Virus record (IMG/VR): IMGVR_UViG_3300043756_000110
Span: 1-57,013 of that record
DNA from: a virus
Lineage: Duplodnaviria > Caudoviricetes
DNA length: 57,013 nt
Direction: 5' to 3' (one strand)
Shown here: piece after piece, positions 26,608 to 36,956 of the stretch
Layout of the letters: every line of letters begins with the position of its first letter
Numbering within the stretch: position 1 is the first letter of the stretch
The notes under the pieces: generated by a model
The model's input: only the letters and a program-made list of their open reading frames with translations
What the model was told of the DNA's origin: nothing
Databases searched by the model: none
Position numbers and translations under genes: made by a program

Positions 26608-26823
26608 GTGAAAGGCGGGGTCGTAGAAAGTGAGGCAGTGTTGGAGGACGGGTGTATGGAGAAGGAGTGTGGGTATTGTGGGAAGACGAAGGGGTGGCAT
26701 GACTGGGGGTGTCCGGAGTTGGGGTTTGAGTTGGAGGACTGGGTGATGCGGACGTTGCCGGGGCCGGAGGAGTTGACGGAGGACGAGGTGGTGAGGATTC
26801 GGAAGTTGATGGAGGTGGAATGA
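26608..26823 (+). CDS. Small hypothetical protein (CxxC...HxxxC)
   Basis: CGYCG...HDWGC. Start uncertain. Confidence 0.45.
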   Translation: MKGGVVESEAVLEDGCMEKECGYCGKTKGWHDWGCPELGFELEDWVMRTLPGPEELTEDEVVRIRKLMEVE

Positions 26824-26957
26824 GCGCGCTACCGGATGATCGGAAGTATGCGTTGTTGTTGGCGGCGGCGACGTTGATCGGGCCGGCGGTGACGGAGGAG
26901 GAGCGGGCGGTGAAGATTGCGAAGAAGCTGTTGGAGCTGATTGAGGAGCAGGGGTGA
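26820..26957 (+). CDS. 45-aa hypothetical protein
   Basis: RBS GGAGGT; MSALPDDRKYALLLAAATLI...; similar to 19477-19722. Not in the ORF track. Confidence 0.55.
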   Translation: MSALPDDRKYALLLAAATLIGPAVTEEERAVKIAKKLLELIEEQG

Positions 26958-27173
26958 TCAATCGGGAATGGTTGATGGATGCGCTGGTGACGCTGGTGGC
27001 GACGATCTGTGTGATGTCGATCGTGGTGTGGGTGATCCGGATGGTGACGAAGTGATTATTTTTCTGAAGTGGTTTGCGTTTCCGCCACACATTGTGAAGC
27101 ACGCGGTGGAGGGGTTGGAGACGTTGGCGGGGTGGATTGTGGTGGCGTTGGAATGGTTGACGCGGGAGTTTTT

Positions 27174-27710
27174 ATGAGCGAAGTGACGGTGCCGGAAGCG
27201 TTGAGTGCGGACGAGATCATAGAAGATATTGCGATGCGGCATGCGGATGCGGTGCGCGAGGAGTTGCGGAAGGAGTGTCATTTGAATGCGTATCTGGCGT
27301 ATCCGAAGTATCGATCGCGAAGCTATTTTGAGATTGATTTGGATAACAACGGTGAGGGGATCCATATCGAGCGCGGCGTACAGGTGACGGAGCGTTCGAT
27401 CGCGTCGTTGGCGCCGGCGACGGTTCAGCAGAAAGAGGAATGGTTGTCATTATATGTATATACGCCGGAGCGTCCTCCGAACGAGGTGAGGCAGGCGGCG
27501 GGATTGCCGATTCCGACATTAACCGAGACCGCCAGCGGTAGAAAGGAGATACGCGCCGTGAAATACGCCCGACGGACCGAGCACGAAGGACCGGAGCACG
27601 AGAAGAAAGAGCCCGAGCACGACCCGAAGAAACCCGGCCAAGGACAACCTGGGCAACCAGGACAACCCGGCCCGCAGCCGCATCCTGGACAGCAGGAGCC
27701 GAAGCGGTGA
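27174..27710 (+). CDS. Hypothetical protein with a GQP low-complexity tail
   Basis: RBS GGGAG before MSEVTVPE. Confidence 0.6.
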   Translation: MSEVTVPEALSADEIIEDIAMRHADAVREELRKECHLNAYLAYPKYRSRSYFEIDLDNNGEGIHIERGVQVTERSIASLAPATVQQKEEWLSLYVYTPERPPNEVRQAAGLPIPTLTETASGRKEIRAVKYARRTEHEGPEHEKKEPEHDPKKPGQGQPGQPGQPGPQPHPGQQEPKR

Positions 27711-28165
27711 CAACGAGACAGCAACTCGCGGTTTTGGGCGGCATTCTGGTGGCCGCCCTGGCCGCAACGGACTTATATGTGTATCGAACGCCGACATCGT
27801 CATCGCAATCGACGACGGCCGATACTCCCTGCTACATCAATAATGGTGTGGGTTCGACGGCGGCGGTGACATCCGGCAGTTGCCGGAACCGTTCTGGACG
27901 ATTTCTCGGTGGACGGATCGTGAATACTTCAGCGACCCCGGCCTTTCTGCGCTTATACAATCTCGCGACGGTGCCGATCTGTTCCTCCAGTGAAGGCTTT
28001 CAGGAATCGATTCCCATCCCGCCCAATTATTCGGGGATTGTCGATACCAACAGCAATTATTTCTACAACACGGGCGTTGGCTACTGCTTGACGGGAGGCG
28101 GGACGAATAACAACAACACGCCGGCGCCGGCCGGCGTTTTCGGATCGATCCGCACGGGGAACTAG
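27707..28165 (+). CDS. Putative secreted or structural beta-protein
   Basis: N-terminal hydrophobic helix; AFLRLYNLAT..GVGYCLTGG. Confidence 0.6.
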   Translation: MTTRQQLAVLGGILVAALAATDLYVYRTPTSSSQSTTADTPCYINNGVGSTAAVTSGSCRNRSGRFLGGRIVNTSATPAFLRLYNLATVPICSSSEGFQESIPIPPNYSGIVDTNSNYFYNTGVGYCLTGGGTNNNNTPAPAGVFGSIRTGN

Positions 28166-28166
28166 G

Positions 28167-28934
28167 ATGCGGTGGTGGTGGGTTGCTGTGGCGTTGTGGA
28201 TGCCGCTTCGCCTCGAAGCGCAAGCGCCCTGCAACCATACCGATCTTGGGGAAGGGGTGACCTGCATCCGCAGCGCGAATGCGTCATCGGCGAACGGGAC
28301 CGTGGTGACGCTATCGAATTTTGATGCCATCGGTGCCAACTTGGTGGTGATCACGATTCAGACGACTGCGGCTTTTCCGTGTACCAGCCCTTCGTCCACA
28401 CCGATCAATCCCTGGACTCCGCTGACACGACAAACGGCCTCGGGGAGTAGTGGCAATCAGTTGTTCTACGCCTTTAATCCTGTGGTTTCGTCAACGATGT
28501 CGTTTACCTGTTCGACGCTGGACTTTAGCGCACCGGCGATACAGGTTGCGGCGTTTAGCGGCATCGATACCACGACGAATCCATTGGATCAGACGGTTGG
28601 AACTTCGGGCATGAGTGTCAGCCTGACGCTGCCTGCCGTCACGCCGACATCGGCCCATCAGTTGATGGTGGTCGGCGTCGCGACCGGTGGAGACCCGATG
28701 ATGCTCACCATCAATAGCGGTTTTACGATCCGGGAGGAGAGTCCGGGAGTGCCGGGATCGGCATGGAGCGGGGCATTGGCGATGCGGACGATCGGCGCAC
28801 CGGTAGCGACAACGGTGAGCTGGATGCAAACGATCAGCTGGAGCGGTGCGGCCACGATAGCGACATTTCGCGCCGTCAATGTCATACCGCCGCCATCGGG
28901 CCACGCGGTCATTATCGGCGGAGGCATTCTATGA
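28167..28934 (+). CDS. Signal-peptide Thr/Ser-rich beta-sandwich protein
   Basis: MRWWWVAVALWMPLRLEA-Q; domain shared with the giant ORF (PCNHTDLGEG / PCANTDLGHG). Confidence 0.7.
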   Translation: MRWWWVAVALWMPLRLEAQAPCNHTDLGEGVTCIRSANASSANGTVVTLSNFDAIGANLVVITIQTTAAFPCTSPSSTPINPWTPLTRQTASGSSGNQLFYAFNPVVSSTMSFTCSTLDFSAPAIQVAAFSGIDTTTNPLDQTVGTSGMSVSLTLPAVTPTSAHQLMVVGVATGGDPMMLTINSGFTIREESPGVPGSAWSGALAMRTIGAPVATTVSWMQTISWSGAATIATFRAVNVIPPPSGHAVIIGGGIL

Positions 28935-29147
28935 GTCGTTTTGGTGGAGATAGGACTGAAGGAATTGGCACAACTTGTGATCGAGATCGTAATCCGAATC
29001 CGCGAGGCGGGCGATGAGGGTATGGGGATCATCAGACTGGCGCCAATAATCAAGAAAGCGAACAAAGGCGTCCCAGGGCCAATGATCGGCCGCCATGGCC
29101 ATGACGATATCGGCGGCAACGCCAGGAACGATCTTGTGGAATGTCAT
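28929..29147 (-). CDS. Small protein paralogous to 39938-40165
   Basis: Shared KI...A..IVM.M........RFL..W...A.L...D.D...L.S.L pattern. Confidence 0.6.
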   Translation of the reverse strand: MTFHKIVPGVAADIVMAMAADHWPWDAFVRFLDYWRQSDDPHTLIARLADSDYDLDHKLCQFLQSYLHQNDS

Positions 29148-29193
29148 GAGGTTCGGGAGTAACAGAAAGATGTCCTTCCGTCAATTCGCAATC

Positions 29194-29409
29194 TTACAAC
29201 GCTTTCAAGTCACTCAGAATCGTCTGAATGTCGGCGAGCAGATGGCCGATTCCCGCCTGCAGTTTCGGTTGAAGCGTGACTTCATTCAAGTGTGTTTCGA
29301 TGAGGTAGACCTCGAGATCAAAACGGAAGTCCACGAGTGTTTCGATCAATTGCCGCGTTTCGTCGTTGGGAGGTTCGATCATGGCTCGAAGTGAATCACG
29401 TTGGATCAA
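29194..29409 (-). CDS. Small helical hypothetical protein
   Basis: Co-oriented with 28929-29147; amphipathic. Confidence 0.4.
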   Translation of the reverse strand: MIQRDSLRAMIEPPNDETRQLIETLVDFRFDLEVYLIETHLNEVTLQPKLQAGIGHLLADIQTILSDLKAL

Positions 29410-32400
29410 GCGACTGCCATCCGTAATTCTTACAGGATTCGCCGGCGTTGTCTTCGTGCTCCTTTTACCGACAACGCTTGTCGCGCAATGCAGCGGAGCC
29501 TCTCCGAATTGGGTGGCGGCGACTTTTGATTCGATTGCGGCCTGTCACACGCTAGCCCAGAACGGGGACACGATCACGGTGGCGCACGGGACCTACCACG
29601 CCGTCGCGGAGATGGAGATCACCAAATATGTGCATATTCGTGCAGAAGGCTTACCGCATACTCCAAACGAAGTGTTCATTATCGACGACATCTGTGATGG
29701 CGCAGGTGAGAATTGTCTGAGGTCCAATCTTCGTATTGTGGAGTCCACTCTAGGATCGACGTCGGTCGATGGTTTCCGCTACCAGAACGGTATAGGGATT
29801 CATCGAACACCGGGTGGGTTCATCTACGTTCTGGATAGCGCTGGCGGTAAGCCCGTCCTCATTCGGCATCTGGATATCACGGATACCACGTCGCTGGCGA
29901 ACTACATCTATTTTCGGAGCAACAAGGGCGTCGTCTACCAGAACACCTACAGCCAAATACCACAGGGGGTGGGTTGCATCGCTCAGTCGCAATTCGTGCA
30001 GTCGGGTCCGCTTCAAAACTCCGCTCAATGGGCGACCCCAGCCTATGCAGGCATGGAGGATGTGAACGGCGATCAGAATCTGTACGTCGAAGGCAACACG
30101 CTGTTCAACGGCATCACCGACCTGATGTCGAATGGACGTGTGGTCGCCCGATATAACAGCATCACGAATGCGGCGTCACTTTCAATCCATGGCGTGACGT
30201 TCATTAACGGTCGTCTGATGGACAACTATAACAATGAGCATATCCGTGATCAGCGCACTTGGCCTGGACCTCCCCAGACCGACTGTGCGAGTCCTCAGAA
30301 TATGAACGGATATATTCGGATTGGTGGTGGCGTGTCTTATATCCACAACACTCTCATTGCCGACCCGAATGACTTCTTGGCGAGTTGGGGCAATAAGAAC
30401 GCCATTCAGCTTACCAACGACATGATGACTCAAGACTACGGTCTGTGGCCGTGCTGGGATGCCAGAACTGGGCGAGGTGAAGGATATCCTTCCCCTCAGC
30501 AGCCGGGATGGGGGTTTCGCATGGGGCAACCGGTTCTGAGACGAAACACACTGCCCGAAATTCGTGAAGAGCAGGATCAGACGCTGGACCCGATCTACCT
30601 CTGGCATAACGGAGGAACGGGTAATTATGGCGGTCGAGTGGGCTTGCCCCCGGGGGTGAATGGTGGTCCGCTCGGGACTCCCCTATCCTGTGACATGCGG
30701 GGTATTCCGGGTCCTTTCCCGGAAGTTGCCGACTACATTCAAGAAGGTCGGGAATACTATACCAACATTTCTGCTCCAAACGGTAAACCGGACTACGTTC
30801 CTTACACGTGTCCGCATCCGGCTACAGGATTGACGGGAACCTGCGATCCCGCCAGCTATGGCGCGAAGGGTTATAACGTTTCCACTTTGGGCGTCTTCTT
30901 TTATCACCGTCAGCTAACCATCCAGCCGTCGGCGGTCGGCAATACGGCCCAGCATGATTTTACGGTGCTTGTTTGCGCGAATGGACCACCACCATGCAAC
31001 CAGACGGTTGCAGGATTGAATCAGAATGGTGGAGGGGCGCATGTGACCTCAGCGGCTGGTTATGATATTCGGCCCTACCTCGATCCCGCCTGTGAGAAAG
31101 ATCCCCTGTTTTACAAGTTGGAGCACTATACGCCAGCGACAGGGGAGTTTTCGATGCGGGTGAAACTGTTTGAGGTCAGTGGCAGTGCCCCCACGAATAT
31201 CTATTTGTGCTATGGAAACACCGCGCGAACAACGGATGGTTCGACAGCGGGGGTATGGGATTCGGTGACACAGCTGGCTTATGAGTTTGAGGATTTACCT
31301 AATGTGACCGACAGCTCTGGCTATACCCAGCTGGTGCGAAATGCGGACCGGAATGGAACAAATCACGGCTCGGTGACCTCGGTGGCTGGCCGCTTTGGTC
31401 GAGCAGCGCATTTTGACGGGACGCCGGACTCCTACATCACAAGCGGTTTGCAGGATCTTTCCTTTACGACACGTCCACCGGCAATCCTGCATGAAATGGG
31501 GACTATCTCCTGGTGGATGAAGCCTACCGAAGGATCGACGTCGATGCAGAGGGATATGTTTTGGGGCTATTACTCGGAGATCGGTCTGTCCCGAACGTTT
31601 GCCTGTCAGAAATACTTGGACCAGTTGATTCTCTGTGGTTTCGTGCGTGGTTCGGGAGGTAGTGAGGTTGACGGTCGCGTTATTGTCAATCTTACACCCG
31701 AGATCTACCCTCAAGGCCAGTGGGTGAAATACGACTTTACGTGGAAGAGTGGAGCGGACTCCAAACTTTATGTCAATGGACAGCTTCGGGGCTCGGCTCC
31801 CACTCCCGTCGTGGATTGGGGTTTCCGCTTTCTGGCTATTGGTACGATGACCGACGATACACGCTTTATGTATAAGGGCGACATGGATCAATTCATTGTC
31901 TCGAACGATGAGCGTTCGGCCTCGGAGATTGCGGCCAGCTATGCCAATGAGTCGGCCCCTGGAACCTTTATGACGATTGGCAATGAGGTGAATGTCTCCA
32001 CAGCGATGGTCTTTACGCAGCAGCCCACCAACACCGTGCCCTTCAGCGCTTTTCATCCTGCGGTTGCGGTGCGTGTTCCCGGTTTGCGTCAGGGTGATTC
32101 CCTCACGTTAAGTATCAATAACGGTCCATGCACACTCCCCTCAGGAAGCTTGACGGTAACAACAGATGCGATGGGGACTGCGGTATTTAACGGAGTGACG
32201 GTTGGGGGAACCGAGAATTCGACATGCGGATTGAGAGCGGTGAACAACACCGAAACGTCGCTCACACCCGCGATCTCCAACACCTTCAATCTGATTCCCC
32301 AAACCGTCGTCAACCCATGTGCCAACACCGACCTCGGTCACGGCTGGACCTGTGTGGCGGCGGCGGGTGATCACTTGGGGGCGAACGGCGGCACATCCAC

Positions 32401-34651
32401 TGCTATCGATACGACCAACGCGGGTCCGGATAATTTGCTGGTGATTGGCCTTGCCGCGCACGAGTTGGTCAATCCGATGTGTGGTGGTCAACCACCGACC
32501 GACAACAAGGGCAATGTCTACACGCCGCTCGGAAAGACGGTCAGCCAAGGCAGTGCTGTGAATGTGCAGATGTTCTACAAAGCGAATGGGGTTGTTGGCA
32601 CTGGTCACACGATCAGCTGCGCGGGTGTCGATACCTACCCCGTCAGCATCTTTGCGGCATATAAACCCGCGGACCCTTCGCAGACGGTCGTCGAGGCGGG
32701 GAACTCATCCGCCAACCCCGCAACTTCGATCCAGCCGGGATCGGTCACGCCCAATCAAGCGAATGCGCTCGTCCTCACAACGCTAGGCACCTCCGTCCTT
32801 GCCGGTGTGAACCATAGTATTGGGTCGAACTTTCATATCGTTAACGATGTTCCCGGTCAGCACATCGGAGCGTTCGGCGGCAATATCGGCGGGTCCATGG
32901 CGGCATTAACGATAGGTACGCCGGCGGCAGTCAACCCCACCTGGACGTGGTCATCCCAGACCGAGATTCCAGCTACGCGCATTGCGGTGTTCAATACAGT
33001 CAGCAATGTCCCAATGTATACGCTGTCATTTGTGACGCAGCCGATGACAACAGTGAGTGGCGTGATGATGACGCCGTTTATCGTTTCGACCAGTCCCGCA
33101 GCTCCGAATGGATTGACAGTGACGCTCACCCCAAACAATTGTCCGGCGGTGGACTTCACCAACCTGACCGGACAGACCTTTGGGGGCAATGTCCCCTTCG
33201 CCCTGATCGTTCCGACGGGAACCGGTAGCGGTTGTACTTTCAGCGCTTCGATGCTTGGCGGGACAACGGTCATGTCCTCGGCATTTAACGTGACGCCGAA
33301 TGTGCCGCCTGCCGGGATTATGTCGGTCGTCAATAACAGCAATGCTTACGGTTGTGCGGTAAGAACGGCAACGAGTGTGCTCGATATGACCACACAGCAC
33401 GATGGCATGCCGTTTAACACCACCGGTGCCGATTTGATCATTGCCGTCATGACCAGTGGCATTCCCGATCCGGGAACGTTTAGCGACCAGCTGAGCGGCG
33501 TTCCCACATCGAATCAGTGGAACTTGGTTTTCGATCCGCCGCTTTCGTCCGATGCCGCGAACGCCGTTCATCGGATCTGGTGGACGCACCCGACCCAAAC
33601 CGGAGCGAACGCCAGCTTTCATATGAACGCCTCATTGAACAATGCTGCCGGATTGTGCGTGATTGCTCTACAGGGGGGCGATGGAATGGGACCGGTGGCG
33701 ATGGGCGAGCATCCTTCGACGTCCAACGAATTTAATATCGTCTTCGATCACCAAGCGGGTAACTATCTGGTGATGTCCACGCTGGCCTTGATTCCAGGTC
33801 AAGCGACCTTTAGTCAGGGTCCAGCGGGATTTGAGTCGGCATGGGCGGAAGGAGGGACGACACATGGGAACGGCATGGCGTGGAAGTTTATGACGGATGG
33901 GATGGAAAATCCCCACTGGGTTGTCAGCCTCGGTGTTCCCGGTATCATCACGTTTTTTATGTTTGCGCCGAACAATGTTGCGCCGGTGCTGTCGTTCCAG
34001 ACCCAGCCTTCGACGACGCAGTCGGCGCAGACGATGTCGACATTCATCGTATCGCATACGGGAACGCTTTTGGGCAACGTGACGCTCATACCCGATTGTC
34101 CTGGAGTTAATTTTACAGGACTGGAGGCGATGATATCCGGTTCGACGGCCACATTCAGCATGGTCGTTCCGACGGGCATGGCGACGAACTGCAGCTTCAC
34201 CGCAACAGCTCCGGGGGCCACGAGCAGTGCTCCGTCCAATCTGTTCAACGTGACCCCCGCGCCCGTGCCGACACTGGTCTTTACCTCCCAGCCCTCCACG
34301 ACGCAATCGGGGGCAACGATGACGCCATTTATCGTGACGGCACCATCGGGTGTGACCGGTAACGTCACGCTTCAGGCAAACGGCTGTGCGGGTGTGGCCT
34401 TCGCGGGACTTCAGGCGACGATCTCCGGGACGACCGCAACATTCAACGCCGTCGTACCTACGGGGATTGCGGCGGGATGCAGTTTTACCGCATCTGTGGC
34501 ATCAGGTGCCAACCCGGCATCATCGATGCCGTTCGATGTGACCGGCATCCCGCTGGGTTTATCGTTTACCCAACATCCGACCGATACCGTGAATGGAGGG
34601 GCCTTCAATCCTCCGATTGCCGGGAGGAAGACCGTTGCGACAACCAAGTAA
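29381..34651 (+). CDS. Giant signal-peptide multidomain protein (beta-helix, DUF2341-like, LamG/ConA-like, Ig-like repeats)
   Basis: RBS GGAGG before ATG 29381; signal peptide ending TLVA-Q; GDTITVAHGTY; IYLCYGN; GRAAHFDG..TISWWMKP..LYVNG..KGDMDQF; repeated F(V/T/Q)(T/S)QP..T modules. Confidence 0.75.
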   Translation: MARSESRWIKRLPSVILTGFAGVVFVLLLPTTLVAQCSGASPNWVAATFDSIAACHTLAQNGDTITVAHGTYHAVAEMEITKYVHIRAEGLPHTPNEVFIIDDICDGAGENCLRSNLRIVESTLGSTSVDGFRYQNGIGIHRTPGGFIYVLDSAGGKPVLIRHLDITDTTSLANYIYFRSNKGVVYQNTYSQIPQGVGCIAQSQFVQSGPLQNSAQWATPAYAGMEDVNGDQNLYVEGNTLFNGITDLMSNGRVVARYNSITNAASLSIHGVTFINGRLMDNYNNEHIRDQRTWPGPPQTDCASPQNMNGYIRIGGGVSYIHNTLIADPNDFLASWGNKNAIQLTNDMMTQDYGLWPCWDARTGRGEGYPSPQQPGWGFRMGQPVLRRNTLPEIREEQDQTLDPIYLWHNGGTGNYGGRVGLPPGVNGGPLGTPLSCDMRGIPGPFPEVADYIQEGREYYTNISAPNGKPDYVPYTCPHPATGLTGTCDPASYGAKGYNVSTLGVFFYHRQLTIQPSAVGNTAQHDFTVLVCANGPPPCNQTVAGLNQNGGGAHVTSAAGYDIRPYLDPACEKDPLFYKLEHYTPATGEFSMRVKLFEVSGSAPTNIYLCYGNTARTTDGSTAGVWDSVTQLAYEFEDLPNVTDSSGYTQLVRNADRNGTNHGSVTSVAGRFGRAAHFDGTPDSYITSGLQDLSFTTRPPAILHEMGTISWWMKPTEGSTSMQRDMFWGYYSEIGLSRTFACQKYLDQLILCGFVRGSGGSEVDGRVIVNLTPEIYPQGQWVKYDFTWKSGADSKLYVNGQLRGSAPTPVVDWGFRFLAIGTMTDDTRFMYKGDMDQFIVSNDERSASEIAASYANESAPGTFMTIGNEVNVSTAMVFTQQPTNTVPFSAFHPAVAVRVPGLRQGDSLTLSINNGPCTLPSGSLTVTTDAMGTAVFNGVTVGGTENSTCGLRAVNNTETSLTPAISNTFNLIPQTVVNPCANTDLGHGWTCVAAAGDHLGANGGTSTAIDTTNAGPDNLLVIGLAAHELVNPMCGGQPPTDNKGNVYTPLGKTVSQGSAVNVQMFYKANGVVGTGHTISCAGVDTYPVSIFAAYKPADPSQTVVEAGNSSANPATSIQPGSVTPNQANALVLTTLGTSVLAGVNHSIGSNFHIVNDVPGQHIGAFGGNIGGSMAALTIGTPAAVNPTWTWSSQTEIPATRIAVFNTVSNVPMYTLSFVTQPMTTVSGVMMTPFIVSTSPAAPNGLTVTLTPNNCPAVDFTNLTGQTFGGNVPFALIVPTGTGSGCTFSASMLGGTTVMSSAFNVTPNVPPAGIMSVVNNSNAYGCAVRTATSVLDMTTQHDGMPFNTTGADLIIAVMTSGIPDPGTFSDQLSGVPTSNQWNLVFDPPLSSDAANAVHRIWWTHPTQTGANASFHMNASLNNAAGLCVIALQGGDGMGPVAMGEHPSTSNEFNIVFDHQAGNYLVMSTLALIPGQATFSQGPAGFESAWAEGGTTHGNGMAWKFMTDGMENPHWVVSLGVPGIITFFMFAPNNVAPVLSFQTQPSTTQSAQTMSTFIVSHTGTLLGNVTLIPDCPGVNFTGLEAMISGSTATFSMVVPTGMATNCSFTATAPGATSSAPSNLFNVTPAPVPTLVFTSQPSTTQSGATMTPFIVTAPSGVTGNVTLQANGCAGVAFAGLQATISGTTATFNAVVPTGIAAGCSFTASVASGANPASSMPFDVTGIPLGLSFTQHPTDTVNGGAFNPPIAGRKTVATTK

Positions 34652-36956
34652 AGAATGGGACTGGGGTCTCGAAGACTGGCTTCTGGTGTTCATCGTGATT
34701 GTCGTTGTGATGTTCTTCCTTGGCTTTGCCAGCGCAACCCTATTCGGTCAAACGGCACCCACGACCTACATGGCGGATACGAGTACGACCAACAAGCCGC
34801 AGCCTGCAGCCACCAATCCAGGACCGGCGAATACCGTCTTCACGGACCCGACCTTCAACACCCAGATCCTGCGGGTGACCGATGCGAACACGGCTTCAGG
34901 AAGAAGCTTCGTGTCCACCGATGCCGGAAATCACCGGACGTTCAATTCGAACAACACCCGAATCAAGTTGAGCGGGCCGAACGGTGATGGATGGTGGCTG
35001 GAGTTCAATCCGTCCACTTTCCAAGTCGGCACGGTCCCGCATTCGATCCCATCCCAGTACGCGCAGAATTGGGAGTGGTCCACGGTCAATCCGGACATCA
35101 TTTACGTGCTGCATGGCAGTAAGATCGCGACCTTCAATGTGACCAATGGCGTGACCACCGACCTCGGTGGGCCGTCGGATAACTCGGCAGTTGCTTACTT
35201 TGCCAATGTGGTCGGGCGCGATAACTGGGTCTGTGCGGCGGCGGGTCCCGGTCAGCAGGATACGTGGACCCGGTTCTACTGCTTGAATGTGGCCACTCCC
35301 GCGAACTCGAAGTACATCGACATTGCTGCCAAGACGGTGAATGGTGTGGCCCAGACGGACACAAATTGGCCGACCGGCTCTGGTCCGAATGGGATTCACG
35401 GCATGATGGGCAGTACCGGTGACCGATGGATTCAGTTGACGTTGCGCAATCCGAGCTGGTGTGGCAATGGCGATACGATCTTCAATCTGCAGACGAACAC
35501 GTGGCAGCCGATCCGAGGCACAAACGGATGTGGTACGGCGGGAGGGGGCGATATTTATTGGGGTGGTCACACCTCCGTCGGCCAGGGCATCAATGTGAAT
35601 GGTGCCGGGAATATGGCGGGCAACGACTCGCGCGGCGTGCTCTTGAGAAGTGCGGATAACACGACCAGTGCGACGTATCAGTTTAAGGGCCAACCGACGT
35701 CACCATTCAACGGCTGGTGTGATGCGGAGCACACGTCCTGGCTGAACTCCATGACGAATCCGAACGCGCCCATCATTCAGTCGCGCTACATCTCCGGCTG
35801 CAACTACACGTGGTCGAATGAAATCATCGGCATTGCCACGGATAATTCCAACACCGTCTACCGCTTTGCGCACAACTACAACGGTTGTCCCGGCAGTTAT
35901 TACTCGCAGGCTTTCGCTCAAGTCTCCAATGATGGCATGTTTGTGCTGTTCAGTAGTTGGTGGGGCGGCCAGCTCGGCGGCGGTTCCGGCTTCGATTGCA
36001 ATAGTGGCCGTATCGATACCTTCATGTTGAAGCTGGTCTCAGGGGATGCGCCGCCCGTCATACCCGTTCTGGCCTTCACCCAGCAACCGACCAATACCAT
36101 TACCGGGATGGCGCTGACGCCCAATCTTGCGGGGACCTTACTACCCGCAGCCGCGCATTCCCTGACGCTTGCAGTCAATAGCGGCAACTGCTCGCTTTCA
36201 GGAACGACGACAGTCATGTCGAACGGATCGACGGGAGCATGGTCTTTTCCCGGAATTACCGTCGCGACAGCATCTCCGCCCGCTAATTGCATACTCAGCG
36301 TGACCGACACGACCAATGGTTCGGTCGCGATCCTACTGTCGAATGCATTTAACGTGACCGCTGTGCCCCCAGTGACGATCACGGTATCGGTCGCCTCGGG
36401 CAACTGCCAATTGATGGGACCCACGATGGTTCAGATCAGCGGTGGCGTGACCGGCACCTTTGCGTTTCCCGGTCTGACCGTAACGGCGACGAATCCGCCC
36501 CAGACCTGCACGCTTCAATATACGAGTTCCGATGGCGTGACACCGCCTGTTATCTCTGCCCCGTTTACGGTGCTCGCCACGGCCCCGCCGGTTCCGGTAT
36601 TGGCCTTTACCCAGCAGCCCAGTGAGACGACAACTGGCTTGACGATCCTTCCCACCATTGCGGGAACCATGACTCCGGGTTCGGTGCGGTCGCTGAGCAT
36701 CGGGATCGACGGTTCGAATTGCAGTCTGGGAGGTACGACAACAGTGAATAGCGATTCCTCGGGCAACTGGTCTTTCCCCGGCCTGACGGTCTCCGCGGTC
36801 GGACTACCGGCGACCTGTTGGGTCAATATTCGGGATAATTCGACGACGAATCCGGCAGCGACCATCATCTCGATGAACTTCACGGTGAGTGACGTGGTGC
36901 CGCCGCCTCCCATTCTCGCAAACCGGATTGTCGTGCCGCGAGGCTTGCCGCGATGA
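34635..36956 (+). CDS. Signal-peptide protein with a beta-propeller-like domain and Ig-like repeats
   Basis: RBS GGAGGA before TTG 34635; hydrophobic N-terminus; FTDPTFNTQILRVTD; VYRFAH; SNDGMFVLFSS; LAFTQQP repeats. Confidence 0.7.
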   Translation: MRQPSKEWDWGLEDWLLVFIVIVVVMFFLGFASATLFGQTAPTTYMADTSTTNKPQPAATNPGPANTVFTDPTFNTQILRVTDANTASGRSFVSTDAGNHRTFNSNNTRIKLSGPNGDGWWLEFNPSTFQVGTVPHSIPSQYAQNWEWSTVNPDIIYVLHGSKIATFNVTNGVTTDLGGPSDNSAVAYFANVVGRDNWVCAAAGPGQQDTWTRFYCLNVATPANSKYIDIAAKTVNGVAQTDTNWPTGSGPNGIHGMMGSTGDRWIQLTLRNPSWCGNGDTIFNLQTNTWQPIRGTNGCGTAGGGDIYWGGHTSVGQGINVNGAGNMAGNDSRGVLLRSADNTTSATYQFKGQPTSPFNGWCDAEHTSWLNSMTNPNAPIIQSRYISGCNYTWSNEIIGIATDNSNTVYRFAHNYNGCPGSYYSQAFAQVSNDGMFVLFSSWWGGQLGGGSGFDCNSGRIDTFMLKLVSGDAPPVIPVLAFTQQPTNTITGMALTPNLAGTLLPAAAHSLTLAVNSGNCSLSGTTTVMSNGSTGAWSFPGITVATASPPANCILSVTDTTNGSVAILLSNAFNVTAVPPVTITVSVASGNCQLMGPTMVQISGGVTGTFAFPGLTVTATNPPQTCTLQYTSSDGVTPPVISAPFTVLATAPPVPVLAFTQQPSETTTGLTILPTIAGTMTPGSVRSLSIGIDGSNCSLGGTTTVNSDSSGNWSFPGLTVSAVGLPATCWVNIRDNSTTNPAATIISMNFTVSDVVPPPPILANRIVVPRGLPR

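Noticed and set aside
29474-29488. Unit C substring TLVAQ matches the giant ORF signal peptide
   Set aside because: Only 5 dinucleotides; many such hits are expected by chance.
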